DNA of 64,000 bases. It comes from Candidatus Marinacidobacterium sp. GTDB taxonomy: Bacteria > Acidobacteriota > Vicinamibacteria > Marinacidobacterales > Marinacidobacteraceae. The notes beneath the pieces are model-generated. The model did not search any database. It had not been told where the DNA came from and saw nothing but the letters and a program-made list of their open reading frames with translations. Of the stretch, positions 1-9,899 are shown piece by piece; the stretch's first letter is position 1; every line of letters starts with the position of its first letter. The stretch spans positions 3,328,001 through 3,392,000 of the forward strand of contig OZ242011.1 of NCBI GenBank assembly GCA_965204755.1. Direction: 5' to 3'. The translations under genes and the position numbers were made by a program.

Positions 1-62
1 TCGCGACTGCCGGGAAGCCGCGGGGCCTGCTCGGTATGGAGAGGCCGGCTAGACTGGTTCCC

Positions 63-485
63 ATGCGCCCGGAAATCGGTTCGGGGCCGTTCCGACCCGG
101 AACCGGCCGCCCCCCGCCGTATCTCGCCGGGCGGGAGGAAGAGCAGGACCTCTTCCTGATGCTGCTCGCCGACTTGAAGCCGTTTTCGACCGGCAGCGGG
201 ACGACTACTACGCCGACCGCCACGACGAACTGGAAACTGCGGCTGCTGCGCCCGGCGCGAGAGGTCGCGGAGGCATTCGAGTCGCAACCACTCCTCTCCG
301 GCGAGGCACTGGAGGCCGCCATCCGGCGAGGTTTCGGCGAGGACGCCGGCGACGACCAAGTGGACGCGACGGCGCAGCAGTTCCGCCATCTCGGCTACAT
401 CTGGCGGGCCGGAACCCGTCGGCCGTGGGAACCGGGCATTCCCAGCCTGATGGACTACATCCTCCGGGAAGTCCCCGCGCCGTAA
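63..485 (+). pseudogene. Internally deleted paralogue of the adjacent AAA ATPase (N-terminal ~39 aa joined to the C-terminal domain)
   Basis: N-terminus GPFRPGTGRPPPYLAGRE matches GPFQPGSGVLPPHLAGRE of 599..1720. Bases ~180-483 closely match ~1413-1718. The Walker A/B core is absent. Confidence 0.75.
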
Positions 486-598
486 GCCGGCGAGCCGCCT
501 CCGGAATCTCTGCGGTGCGGGAAGCGCTCCACGACCCCCGAGAACCACGAGGGATTCGCCGCCGCTCGGCGCCGGGACTTCCGGCTAAACTGGTTCTC

Positions 599-1720
599 GT
601 GCGCTCTGAAATCGGTGGGGGGCCGTTCCAGCCCGGTTCCGGCGTACTCCCGCCGCACCTCGCCGGGCGGGAGCGGGAGCAGGACCTCTTCCGGACGCTG
701 CTCGCCCGACTCGACCGCGGCGAGGCGCCGCCCGGAGAAGTCATCCTCTACGGGCCGCGCGGCAACGGCAAGACGGCGCTCCTCGCGTGGGTCAGCGAGT
801 TTGCGAGCGAGTCCACCGGCGTGGATGTCGAGGAACGCACGCCGTCGGAGTTCGATTCCCCGGCCGGACTGGCCGAGTTGTTGTTGCCGAAGTCCTGGTG
901 GAAGACCGTCGGCCCCGAGGAGGTCGGCGTTCGGGGGATCACTTGGCGCCCGGGCCGGCGATCGGCAGCCCCGACCCCCGCCGAAGTCCTCGCTCTTCGG
1001 GCCGGGAGGAAACCGTTGGTCGTGCTTCTCGACGAAGCGCACACTCTCGACCCCGAAGTCGGCCGCGCTCTCTTGAACGCGGCGCAGAAGGTCCGGCGCT
1101 CGGCGCCGTTTCTCCTGGTGTTGGCGGGAACTCCGAACCTTCGCGACCACTTGGCGTCCATGGGCGCCTCTTTCTGGAACCGCGGCCGGAAGTTGCGGAT
1201 CGGACGCCTGGACGAGAGCGCCGCGGCGGAGGCGATACGGGAGCCGCTGGCGGCCGAAGACATCACCATCGCGGACGATGCGTTGGAGCACTTGGTTCGC
1301 GACAGCCACGGGTATCCGTTCTTCGTCCAACTCTGGGGCGAAGCGGTGTGGGCTCGCGCCGTCGAGACCTCACGGCAACAGGTCGTCTCCGAGGATGTGC
1401 GCGCCTGCCAAACCGTTTTCGACGAGCAGCGGGACGACTACTACGCCGACCGTCACGACGAATTGGAAGAACTGCGGCTGCTGCGCCCGGCGCGGGCGGT
1501 CGCGGAGACCTTCGAGTCGCGTCCCGCCCTCTCCGGCGGCGAACTGGAGGCCGCCATCCGGCGAGGTTTCGGCGAGGACGCCGGCGATGACGAAGTGAAC
1601 GCGGCGGCGCAGCAGTTCCGCCATCTCGGCTACATCTGGCGGGCCGGAACCCGTCGGCTGTGGGAACCGGGCATTCCCAGCCTGATGGACTACATCCTCC
1701 GGGAGGTCCCCCCGCCATAG
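599..1720 (+). CDS. AAA-family ATP-binding protein (AAA_16/archaeal ATPase-like)
   Basis: PF.PG.G..PP.LAGRE N-terminal motif, Walker A GPRGNGKT, Walker B VVLLDEAH, S.GYPFFVQL motif. GTG start at 599 parallels ATG63 of the paralogue. Confidence 0.85.
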   Translation: MRSEIGGGPFQPGSGVLPPHLAGREREQDLFRTLLARLDRGEAPPGEVILYGPRGNGKTALLAWVSEFASESTGVDVEERTPSEFDSPAGLAELLLPKSWWKTVGPEEVGVRGITWRPGRRSAAPTPAEVLALRAGRKPLVVLLDEAHTLDPEVGRALLNAAQKVRRSAPFLLVLAGTPNLRDHLASMGASFWNRGRKLRIGRLDESAAAEAIREPLAAEDITIADDALEHLVRDSHGYPFFVQLWGEAVWARAVETSRQQVVSEDVRACQTVFDEQRDDYYADRHDELEELRLLRPARAVAETFESRPALSGGELEAAIRRGFGEDAGDDEVNAAAQQFRHLGYIWRAGTRRLWEPGIPSLMDYILREVPPP

Positions 1721-1740
1721 AATTCCGGCGGGAGGCGGCG

Positions 1741-3156
1741 ATGTTGACGGGGATGCGCCTGCGGGGCTTCAAGTCGTGGAGGGATACGGGCGACATCGAG
1801 TTACGGCCGATCACCGCGTTCTTCGGCCTGAACGGTTCCGGGAAGACGAGTCTCCTGCAGGCGCTGCTGCTGCTGAAACAGACGGCGGAATCGCCGGGCC
1901 GCGGGCAGGTCTTCCACTTCGGGGACGGTCGGTCGGCGGTGGACCTCGGCGACTTCACCGATGCGGTGCATCGGCGCGATGCCGATGCCGCGCTGGGCGT
2001 TTCCCTCGATTGGACCGCGGACTCCGAGGTACGCGTTCGCGACGGCGACTTGCGCGAAGTCGCCGTCTCGGATTCCCTCGGGTTCTCGGTGGTCGCGGCG
2101 CGGGAAGGCGAGAGATCGCCGGAGACGACCGTGCGCGAGATTACTCATCGCGTCGGGAACTCCTGCTTCGGGATGCGGCGCGGGAAACGGGGTTACCGGT
2201 TGTTCGCCGATGCCGGGGAGTTTCGCTTCCGCAGGCGGCGGCGCCATGCGGAGACTCTTCCCCCGCCGGTGTCCTGCTACAGGTTTCCGGCCGCTTCTCG
2301 CCAGGTGTTCGAGAACGCCGACTGCCTCTCCGCTCTCGAGCGTCCCCTGGAGCGGCAGTTGGACCGCCTCTACTACCTGGGGCTCTCGAGGGCGCGTCCG
2401 GAGCGACGGTATGTTTGGGTCGGCGCCCGCCCGCCGGATGCGGGGCGGTCGGGGGAGTTGGCCGTGGCGGTCCTCCTGGCGGCGCGCGCGGACGCAGACG
2501 GGATCGCGACGGAGCAGGGCGGGGACGGGCGCAGCCCGGAGGAGCAGGTGGAGCACTGGCTGCGGGAAATGGGCCTCGTCCATACCTTCCGCGTCGCGCC
2601 GCTGGTCCCGGGACTGTTCGAAGTGCTCGTTCGCCAGACGCCGCACTCGGCGGAAGTCCCGATCACCGGTGCGGGTTTCGGGGTCGCGCAGGCGCTTCCG
2701 GTGTTGGCGCTCTGCTTCCACGCCCCCGAGGGTTCCACCATCCTCCTCGAACAGCCGGAAACCCGACTGCATCCGTCGGCCCAGTCCGCGCTCGCCGACG
2801 CGCTCCTCGACGCGCGGCGGCGCCGGGGGATCCAGTTCCTGATCGAGAGCCACAGCGAGCACTTGCTGCGGCGGCTCCAGCGGCGCGTCTCCGATGAGAC
2901 TCTCTCCCACGAGGAAGTCGGGCTGTGGTATTGCGAGAACGAAGAAGGGGAGTCGTGCCTCACCGACTTGTCGCTGGATCGTTTCGGCGCCACCGGGTAT
3001 TGGCCGGAGGGGCTCTTCGGAGACCAGTTCCGCGAAGTGGTCGAGATCGCCGAGAATCGCCTGCGCCGGAGCATGGCCGAGGAAGAGAAGGAACCGGGCG
3101 CGCCCGCCTCGCCCTCGCGCCCGGAAGCGGGCGGGAGCGTGCCGGAAGCCGATTGA
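1741..3156 (+). CDS. ABC-like AAA ATPase (AAA_15/AAA_21) with probable DUF3696 C-terminus
   Basis: N-terminal LRGFKSW, Walker A GLNGSGKT, signature GFGVAQALP, LEQPE..LHP, IESHSEH, C-terminal WPEGLFG. GGAGG RBS precedes ATG1741. Confidence 0.8.
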   Translation: MLTGMRLRGFKSWRDTGDIELRPITAFFGLNGSGKTSLLQALLLLKQTAESPGRGQVFHFGDGRSAVDLGDFTDAVHRRDADAALGVSLDWTADSEVRVRDGDLREVAVSDSLGFSVVAAREGERSPETTVREITHRVGNSCFGMRRGKRGYRLFADAGEFRFRRRRRHAETLPPPVSCYRFPAASRQVFENADCLSALERPLERQLDRLYYLGLSRARPERRYVWVGARPPDAGRSGELAVAVLLAARADADGIATEQGGDGRSPEEQVEHWLREMGLVHTFRVAPLVPGLFEVLVRQTPHSAEVPITGAGFGVAQALPVLALCFHAPEGSTILLEQPETRLHPSAQSALADALLDARRRRGIQFLIESHSEHLLRRLQRRVSDETLSHEEVGLWYCENEEGESCLTDLSLDRFGATGYWPEGLFGDQFREVVEIAENRLRRSMAEEEKEPGAPASPSRPEAGGSVPEAD

Positions 3157-3168
3157 GCGGCCGCGGCT

Positions 3169-3525
3169 CTACGCGCCGCTGCCGGTCAGGTCGCCGGACA
3201 GGCGGGCGCTCACCAGGCGGTTCAGGCTGACGCCTTCCTCCGCCGCCCGCAGTGCGAGAGCGCGGTGGACTTCCGGCGGGAGGCGGACGAGGAACCGGCC
3301 GCTGTAGCGCCGGTCGGCGAGCGGGGTCGGGATGTGTTCACCGTGCGCCTCCAGGTCGCGCAGAACCTCGGCCACCAGCGAGCGGATACCGGAGAAGGCG
3401 CGGTTCGGGGTGGCGGCGAGCCGACTGAGCGACGGGAACTCCAAGCAGAGCCCCACATGCTCCCCGTCCTCGGGAGACCAGGTGACGCGGTAGGTGTAGC
3501 GGTCGCGGATCGGCGGTCGGTTCAC
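3169..3525 (-). CDS. hicB: HicB-family antitoxin (RNase H-like fold plus RHH)
   Basis: YTYRVTWSPEDGEHVGLCLEFPSLS and YSGRFLVRLPPEVHRALA..A.EEGVSLN, a typical HicB pattern. Confidence 0.85.
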   Translation of the reverse strand: MNRPPIRDRYTYRVTWSPEDGEHVGLCLEFPSLSRLAATPNRAFSGIRSLVAEVLRDLEAHGEHIPTPLADRRYSGRFLVRLPPEVHRALALRAAEEGVSLNRLVSARLSGDLTGSGA

Positions 3526-3692
3526 GGGACGATACCGGTAATGGTATCGAGATTCCGACGGGGGCGGCGTCCGCGCCCGCCGGACACTCCCCGCCCCGGC
3601 GGTTGCGCCGGGCGGGGCGCGCCCGGTACGCTCGGGGCCCCCCGAGGGGGCGCCGGGGCCGCGGGGCGTCGGCGGGAACCGAGGAGTCGGGA

Positions 3693-4184
3693 ATGAACCA
3701 CAGCGTCCGGATCACCGTGAACGGCGAGGCCTCCGAGCACGAGGTCGAGCCGCGCCTGCTGCTCTGCCACCTGCTGCGCGACCGGTTGCGGCTGACCGGC
3801 ACGAACATCGGCTGCGACACCTCGCAGTGCGGGTCGTGCACCGTCCTGCTGGACGGGAAGGCCGTCAAGTCCTGCACCGTCCTCGCGCTCCAGGCCGACG
3901 GGGCGGAGGTCACCACCATCGAAGGGCTCGCCGGGGAGGACGGGCTCCACCCGATCCAGCAGGCCTTCTGGGACCACCACGGCCTGCAGTGCGGGTTCTG
4001 CACGCCGGGGATGATCCTGACGGCGGTCGAGATCCTGGATCGGAACCCGGAGGCCGGCGACTCCGAGGTGCGCCACGGGCTCGAAGGCAACATCTGCCGG
4101 TGCACCGGCTACCAGAACATCGTGAAGGCCATCGTCGCCGCCGGGGCGCGCGAAGAAGCCGGCGCCGGCGAAAGCGCCGACTGA
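3693..4184 (+). CDS. coxS: (2Fe-2S) small subunit of CO dehydrogenase-like molybdo-hydroxylase
   Basis: GCDTSQCGSCTV, QCGFCTPG and GNICRCTGY motifs. GAGGAG RBS before ATG3693. Confidence 0.93.
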   Translation: MNHSVRITVNGEASEHEVEPRLLLCHLLRDRLRLTGTNIGCDTSQCGSCTVLLDGKAVKSCTVLALQADGAEVTTIEGLAGEDGLHPIQQAFWDHHGLQCGFCTPGMILTAVEILDRNPEAGDSEVRHGLEGNICRCTGYQNIVKAIVAAGAREEAGAGESAD

Positions 4185-4278
4185 CGCGGCGGGCCGCTCA
4201 CCGAGAACACCGCACCGCGACAGCGACAGCGAACGAGACACGCCGACCGGAACCGGAACACCGGAAGGGAGGAACGCC

Positions 4279-6639
4279 ATGGGCCGTTACATCGGCGCCG
4301 CGATGAAGCGGCGGGAGGATCCCCGTTTCCTGCAGGGGAAGGGGAGTTATGTGGCCAACCTCGACCTGCCCGGCATGGCGCATGTGGCGGTCGTCCGCAG
4401 CCCGCACGCCCACGCCCGCATCCTCTCGGTGGACGCTTCCGCCGCGCTGGCGATGCCCGGCGTCCTCCGGGTGTTCCTCGGGAAGGACTTCGCGGACGGC
4501 GGCTGCGGGGCGCTCCCCTGCGGCTGGCTGGTCCCGGACACCAAGGTGCCCGAGCGGCTGATCGTCTGCACCGACCGCGTCCGGCATGTGGGGGACTCGG
4601 TGGCGGTCGTCGTCGCGGAAGACCCCTACGCCGCCGCCGACGCCGCGGAAGCGGTGGTCGTCGAGTACGAGCCGCTGCCGGCGGTCACCGACGCCCGGAA
4701 GACCACCGAGCCGGACGCGCCGAAGGTCCACGACGGGATCGAGGACAACACCTCCTACCACTGGGAACTCGGCAACCGCGAGGTCGTGGAGAAAGCGCTC
4801 GCCGAGGCGGCGCACACCGTCGAAGTCGAAGTCGTGAACCAGCGGCTCATCCCCACCGCGATGGAGCCCCGCGCGGCGGCCGCCCGCTGGGACGCCGCGA
4901 CCGAGGAGATGACGGTCTGGACGACCAGCCAGAACCCGCACCCGATCCGGCTGCTCCTCTCCGCGTTCACCCTCGGCATCCCGGAGAGCCGGCTGCGGGT
5001 GATCTCGCCGGATGTGGGCGGCGGCTTCGGGAGCAAGATCTTCCACTACCCGGAAGAGGTGATCGTGCCGTGGGTGGCGCGCGAAATCGGCCGCCCGGCG
5101 AAGTGGGTGGCCACCCGCTCCGAGAGCCAGGTGACCGACTCCCACGGGCGCGACCATGTGACCGCGGCCCGGCTGGCGCTCGACGCCGAGGGCAACTTCA
5201 CCGGGCTCGAAGTCGAGACCTGGGCGAACCAGGGGGCCTACCTCTCCACCTTCGCCCCGCTGATCCCCACCGCGCTCTACATCACCCTCCTCTCCGGCAA
5301 CTACCGGATTCCCGGGGTCGTCGGGAAGATGCACGGGACGCTCACCAACACCGTGCCGGTGGACGCCTACCGGGGCGCCGGGCGGCCGGAAGCGGCCTAC
5401 CTGGTCGAGCGGCTGGTGGACCTGGCCGCCGCCGAGACCGGGATGGACCCGCTGCAGATCCGGATGCAGAACGCGATCCCGAAGGAGGACTTCCCCTACC
5501 AGACGCCGGTGGCCTTCTGCTACGACAGCGGCGACTACCACCGGCTGCTCGACGCCGCGAGCGACCTCGCCGACTACCCCGCTCTCAGGGCCGAGCAGGA
5601 GCACGCGCGGTCGGAGGGGCGGCTCCGCGGCGTGGGGATCGTCTGCTGCATCGAGGCCAGCGGGCCGGCGCCGTCGGCCGTCGCCGGATCGCTCGGCTCG
5701 GCGGTGGGGTTCTGGGAGAGCGGCGAAGTCCGCGTCCACCCCACCGGGCAGGTGAGCGTCTACACCGGCTCGCACTCGCACGGGCAGGGGCACGAGACCA
5801 CCTTCGCCCAGGTGGTGGCCGACGAACTGGGCATCCCCATCGAGAATGTGGAGGTCGTCCACGGCGACACCGGGCGCGTCCACTTCGGCATGGGCACCTA
5901 CGGCAGCCGCAGCGCCTGCGTGGGCGGCTCGGCGCTGGTCGAAAGCGCCCGCAAGGTGCGGGAGAAGGCGGTGAAGATCGCCGCGCACCTGCTCGAGGCC
6001 GCCGAAGAGGATGTGGTCTTCGACCGGGAGACCGGGCGGATCCAGGTCCAGGGGTCGCCCGACCGGGGGAAGGACTTCGGCGAAGTCGCCTTCGCCGCCT
6101 ACACCGCGCATAACCTGCCGGAGGGGATGGAGCCGGGGCTGGGCTTCACCAGTTTCTACGACCCCTCGAACTTCACCTTCCCGGCCAGCGCCCACATCTG
6201 CGAGGTGGACATCTCGCCGGACACCTGGGAAGTGCGGGTCCTCCGCTACTGCGCGGTGGACGATGTGGGGAAGGTCATCAACCCGATGATCGTGGAGGGG
6301 CAGATCACCGGGGGCATCGTGCAGGGCGTCGGGCAGGCGCTCACCGAGTACGGGGCCTACGACGACGAGGGGCAGCCGCTCGCCGGGACGCTCCTCGACT
6401 ACGCGGTGCCGCGGGCGGACCTCGTCCCGGAGATCGCGGTGGCCCGGATCGAGACGCCCTCGCCGCACAACCCGCTCGGGGTGAAGGGGGCGGGGGAGAT
6501 GGGGACCATCGCCGCGACCGCGGCGGTGGCGAACGCGGTGCACGACGCGCTCGCGCCGCTGGGCGTCCGGCAGGTGGACATGCCGCTCACCCCGGAGCGG
6601 ATCCACGCCGCGGTCGCCGCCGCTTCCGCCGCTTCCTGA
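4279..6639 (+). CDS. coxL: Molybdopterin large subunit, form II CoxL (xanthine dehydrogenase family)
   Basis: [16 protein letters not shown], active-site AYRGAGR (form II, not AYxCSFR), GQGHET, GTYGSRS, KGAGE. Confidence 0.92.
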   Translation: MGRYIGAAMKRREDPRFLQGKGSYVANLDLPGMAHVAVVRSPHAHARILSVDASAALAMPGVLRVFLGKDFADGGCGALPCGWLVPDTKVPERLIVCTDRVRHVGDSVAVVVAEDPYAAADAAEAVVVEYEPLPAVTDARKTTEPDAPKVHDGIEDNTSYHWELGNREVVEKALAEAAHTVEVEVVNQRLIPTAMEPRAAAARWDAATEEMTVWTTSQNPHPIRLLLSAFTLGIPESRLRVISPDVGGGFGSKIFHYPEEVIVPWVAREIGRPAKWVATRSESQVTDSHGRDHVTAARLALDAEGNFTGLEVETWANQGAYLSTFAPLIPTALYITLLSGNYRIPGVVGKMHGTLTNTVPVDAYRGAGRPEAAYLVERLVDLAAAETGMDPLQIRMQNAIPKEDFPYQTPVAFCYDSGDYHRLLDAASDLADYPALRAEQEHARSEGRLRGVGIVCCIEASGPAPSAVAGSLGSAVGFWESGEVRVHPTGQVSVYTGSHSHGQGHETTFAQVVADELGIPIENVEVVHGDTGRVHFGMGTYGSRSACVGGSALVESARKVREKAVKIAAHLLEAAEEDVVFDRETGRIQVQGSPDRGKDFGEVAFAAYTAHNLPEGMEPGLGFTSFYDPSNFTFPASAHICEVDISPDTWEVRVLRYCAVDDVGKVINPMIVEGQITGGIVQGVGQALTEYGAYDDEGQPLAGTLLDYAVPRADLVPEIAVARIETPSPHNPLGVKGAGEMGTIAATAAVANAVHDALAPLGVRQVDMPLTPERIHAAVAAASAAS

Positions 6640-6664
6640 GCGGCCCACCGAGAGGGGAACCCGG

Positions 6665-7537
6665 ATGTATCCGACTTCTTTCGACTACCACCGGCCCGCC
6701 TCGCTCGCCGAGGCGGTCGGCCTGCTCCGCGACCTGAAGGGCGGCGGGAAGGAGGCGAAGTTGCTCGCCGGCGGGCACAGCCTGATCCCGGCGATGAAAC
6801 TCCGCGTCGCCCGGCCGGCCGCGGTGGTGGACATCGGGCGGCTGCCCGGCCTGTCCGGCATCGCCGACGACGGCGACGGCCTCACCCTGGGCGCGCTCAC
6901 CACGCACGCCGAGGTGGCGGACTCGGAGGCGGTTCGGCGGGACTGTCCGCTGCTCGCCGAGGCCGCCGCCGCCATCGGGGACATCCAGGTGCGGAACCGG
7001 GGCACCTTGGGCGGGAGCCTCGCCCACGCGGATCCCGGCGCCGACTACCCGGCGGCGATGCTGGCGCTGGACGCGGAGATCACCGCGGTCGGGCCGGACG
7101 GCGAGCGGCGGTTCGGGGCGGCGGAGTTCTTCCTGGACATCTTCTCGACCGCGCTCGGGGACACCGAGGTGATCACTTCCGTCCGCGTGCCGAAGGCGCC
7201 GGGCGGGGCCTACCTGAAGCACCGGCACCCGGCGTCGAGTTACGCGGTGGTGGGCGCGGCGGCGCGGGTGGAGTTGGACGGCGGCGGGGCGGTGTCCGCG
7301 TGCGCGCTGGGGATCGGCGGCGTCGTCGGGAAGGCGGTGCTGGCCCGGGGCGCGGCGGAGGCGCTGGCCGGCGGGCCGCCCACGAAGGAGCGGATCGCCG
7401 CGGCCGCGGCGAGGATCGCGGAGAGCCTCGAGAACCCGATGGGCGACCTCTACGCCTCCGGCGAGTTCCGGACGCACCTGGCCGGGGTGTACGGCGGCCG
7501 GGCCCTGGCTCTCGCCGCCGAGCGGGCCGGCCGGTAA
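6665..7537 (+). CDS. coxM: FAD-binding medium subunit
   Basis: MYP..FDYHRP, LLAGGHSLIP, QVRNRGTLGGSLAHADPGAD. Confidence 0.92.
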   Translation: MYPTSFDYHRPASLAEAVGLLRDLKGGGKEAKLLAGGHSLIPAMKLRVARPAAVVDIGRLPGLSGIADDGDGLTLGALTTHAEVADSEAVRRDCPLLAEAAAAIGDIQVRNRGTLGGSLAHADPGADYPAAMLALDAEITAVGPDGERRFGAAEFFLDIFSTALGDTEVITSVRVPKAPGGAYLKHRHPASSYAVVGAAARVELDGGGAVSACALGIGGVVGKAVLARGAAEALAGGPPTKERIAAAAARIAESLENPMGDLYASGEFRTHLAGVYGGRALALAAERAGR

Positions 7538-7592
7538 ACGGTCGGTCCGCCGCCGTCTTCTTCGCGGGCGATGACGGCGAGCCATTGATGGC

Positions 7593-7635
7593 GAGCCCTC
7601 GACGGTGAGCCCTCGACGGTGAGCGCCTCGACGGT
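7593..7635 (+). repeat. 14-15 bp tandem repeat GAGC(G)CCTCGACGGT x3
   Basis: Units start at 7593, 7607 and 7621, just upstream of coxD. Confidence 0.85.
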
Positions 7636-7641
7636 GAACGC

Positions 7642-8613
7642 TTGACGGCGGAAACGACCGGCGGCGGGGCGGCGGCCGCGTCCGAGCGCCCGGCCGCCGC
7701 GAGCAGCGGGGCCGGGTCGGTCCCCGAACTGCGGGAGGCGCTGGCGGCGCGGGGATACCTCGCCGACCCGGCGCTCGCGACCGCGCTCTACCTGGCGCTG
7801 CGGCTCGAACGGCCGCTGTTCCTCGAAGGGGAAGCCGGGGTCGGGAAGACGGAACTGGCGAAGGTGACCGCCTCGCTCACCGGCGCGCCGCTGATCCGGC
7901 TGCAGTGCTACGAGGGGCTGGACATCGCCCAGGCGGCCTACGAGTGGAACTACACCCGGCAGATGCTCGCCATCCGGCTGGCCGAGCGGTCGGGGGAGGC
8001 GATCGGGCAGGGGGACCTCTTCGGGCCGGAATACCTGCTGCGCCGGCCGCTGCTGACCGCGCTCGAGTCCTCCACCGGGGAGTCCCGCCCGGTGCTGCTC
8101 ATCGACGAAGTGGACCGGAGCGACGAGGAGTTCGAGGCCTACCTGCTCGAAGTCCTCTCCGACTTCCAGATCACCATCCCGGAGATCGGGGCGATCCGCG
8201 CCGCCGCGCCGCCGGTGGTCGTCCTGACCTCGAACCGGACGCGCGAAGTCCACGACGCGCTGAAGCGGCGCTGCCTCTACCACTGGATCCCCTATCCGGA
8301 CTACCGGCGGGAGTTGGAGATCGTCCGCGAGCGGGTGCCCCAGGCGGCGGCCCGGCTGGCGGCGGAGGCGACGCGGTTCGCGCAGGAACTCCGCGAGTTG
8401 GACCTGTTCAAGCGGCCCGGCGTCTCGGAGACCCTGGACTGGACGACCGCGCTGGCGGCCCTCGGCCAGACCGCGCTGGACGAAGCCGCGGTGGACCGGA
8501 CGCTGGGGGCGCTCCTGAAGTACCGGGACGACCTGGACCTGGTGCGGGGGGAGCGCGCGGCGGCGATCCTGGCCCGCGTGGACGCCCCCGCCGGCGACTC
8601 GGCCGGGCCGTGA
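7642..8613 (+). CDS. coxD: MoxR AAA+ ATPase (CoxD-like)
   Basis: LEGEAGVGKTE, RLQCYEGLD, YEWNY, LIDEVDR, TSNRTRE.HDALKRRC. Confidence 0.9.
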   Translation: MTAETTGGGAAAASERPAAASSGAGSVPELREALAARGYLADPALATALYLALRLERPLFLEGEAGVGKTELAKVTASLTGAPLIRLQCYEGLDIAQAAYEWNYTRQMLAIRLAERSGEAIGQGDLFGPEYLLRRPLLTALESSTGESRPVLLIDEVDRSDEEFEAYLLEVLSDFQITIPEIGAIRAAAPPVVVLTSNRTREVHDALKRRCLYHWIPYPDYRRELEIVRERVPQAAARLAAEATRFAQELRELDLFKRPGVSETLDWTTALAALGQTALDEAAVDRTLGALLKYRDDLDLVRGERAAAILARVDAPAGDSAGP

Positions 8614-9881
8614 GCGGAGCGGGCCGCGACCCCGCCCGGCGCCCGCCCGAAGTCACCGGCGCGGCCCGGGCTGCGCGGGATTCGTCGGCGCCGGACTCGC
8701 CGGCGCCCGGCGGTTCGGTCGGGCTTCCGCCGCTGCTCCAGAACCTCACCCTCTTCGGGCGGCTCCTTCGCGGACTGGGACTCCCGGTCTCCACCGCGCG
8801 GATGCTCGACCTGGCGGAGGCGCTGCCGCTGCTGGATGTCTTCCGGCGGGAGGAGTTCCACGCGGCGGCGGCGGCCCTGCTCATCCACCGGCGCGAGGAC
8901 CGGGAACTCTTCGACGCGGCGTTCCGCCTGTTCTGGGAGACGCCGCCCGACCGCTGGAGCCGGGCGAAGTTGCCGGGGACGCCGCTCGCCCGGCCCCGGC
9001 GTCCGCCCCCGGCCACCTTCCGCATCGCGCAGGGGGCGGCCGCCGGAGCGGACGACGACCGGCCGCCGCGCCCGGTGGCGCAGCGCACCTGGAGCGACCG
9101 GGAGGTCCTGGAGCGGCGCGACTTCTCCGACCTCGACGCCGACGAACTCCGCGAGGTGCAGCGGCTCATCCGCGAGGCCGGCTGGGAGGCGGCGCGCCGG
9201 CGGGTGGTGCGGTGCCGGCCCGGCGGCCGCCGGGCGCTCGACCTCCGGCGGACGCTGCGCCGGGGCCTGCGCTCCGGGGGCGAGTGGATGCGCCTCGAAC
9301 GGCGGCGCCGCCGGGAGAAGCCGCGTCCGGTGATCGCGCTGGCCGATGTGAGCGGCTCGATGGAGCGGACCGCGCGGGTGCTCCTCCACTTCCTCTACGG
9401 GCTGGCGCAGGGCTCGCCGGGGCGGGTGGAGGCGTTCGTCTTCGCCACCCGGCTGACCCGGCTCACCCGCAAGTTGTCCGACCGCCGGGTGGACCGGGCG
9501 CTGGCCCAGGCGTCGGAGGCGGTCCGCGACTGGTCGGGCGGCACCCGGATCGGCGAGGCGCTGCGCCGGTTCAACCACGACTGGGCGCGGCGGCTCCCCA
9601 CTTCCTCGGCGGTGGTGGTGCTGGTGAGCGACGGCTGGGATCGGGGGGACCCGGCGCTCACCGCGGCGGAGATGGAGCGGCTGCGGGGGCTGGCCTGGCG
9701 GATCGTCTGGCTGAACCCGCTGCTCGCCGACCCCGGCTACGAACCGCTGACCCGCGGGATGCGGGCGGCGCTCCCCTTCGTCCACGACTTCCTCGCGGTG
9801 AACGACCTGCGGAGCGTCCGCGAACTCGCCGAACACCTGCGCCGGCTGGGGCGGCGGCCCGCGCCGGGTCGCGCCGCATAA
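8610..9881 (+). CDS. coxE: VWA-domain protein (CoxE-like)
   Basis: DVSGSM MIDAS, F.TRLT, WSGGTRIG, SDGWDRGD, WLNPL. GTGA overlap with coxD. Confidence 0.88.
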   Translation: MSGAGRDPARRPPEVTGAARAARDSSAPDSPAPGGSVGLPPLLQNLTLFGRLLRGLGLPVSTARMLDLAEALPLLDVFRREEFHAAAAALLIHRREDRELFDAAFRLFWETPPDRWSRAKLPGTPLARPRRPPPATFRIAQGAAAGADDDRPPRPVAQRTWSDREVLERRDFSDLDADELREVQRLIREAGWEAARRRVVRCRPGGRRALDLRRTLRRGLRSGGEWMRLERRRRREKPRPVIALADVSGSMERTARVLLHFLYGLAQGSPGRVEAFVFATRLTRLTRKLSDRRVDRALAQASEAVRDWSGGTRIGEALRRFNHDWARRLPTSSAVVVLVSDGWDRGDPALTAAEMERLRGLAWRIVWLNPLLADPGYEPLTRGMRAALPFVHDFLAVNDLRSVRELAEHLRRLGRRPAPGRAA

Positions 9882-9899
9882 TTCCGGCGGAGGGAACGA

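Noticed and set aside
4279-6639. Bona fide form I CO dehydrogenase
   Set aside because: The active-site motif is AYRGAGR rather than AYxCSFR, and the gene order is SLM.
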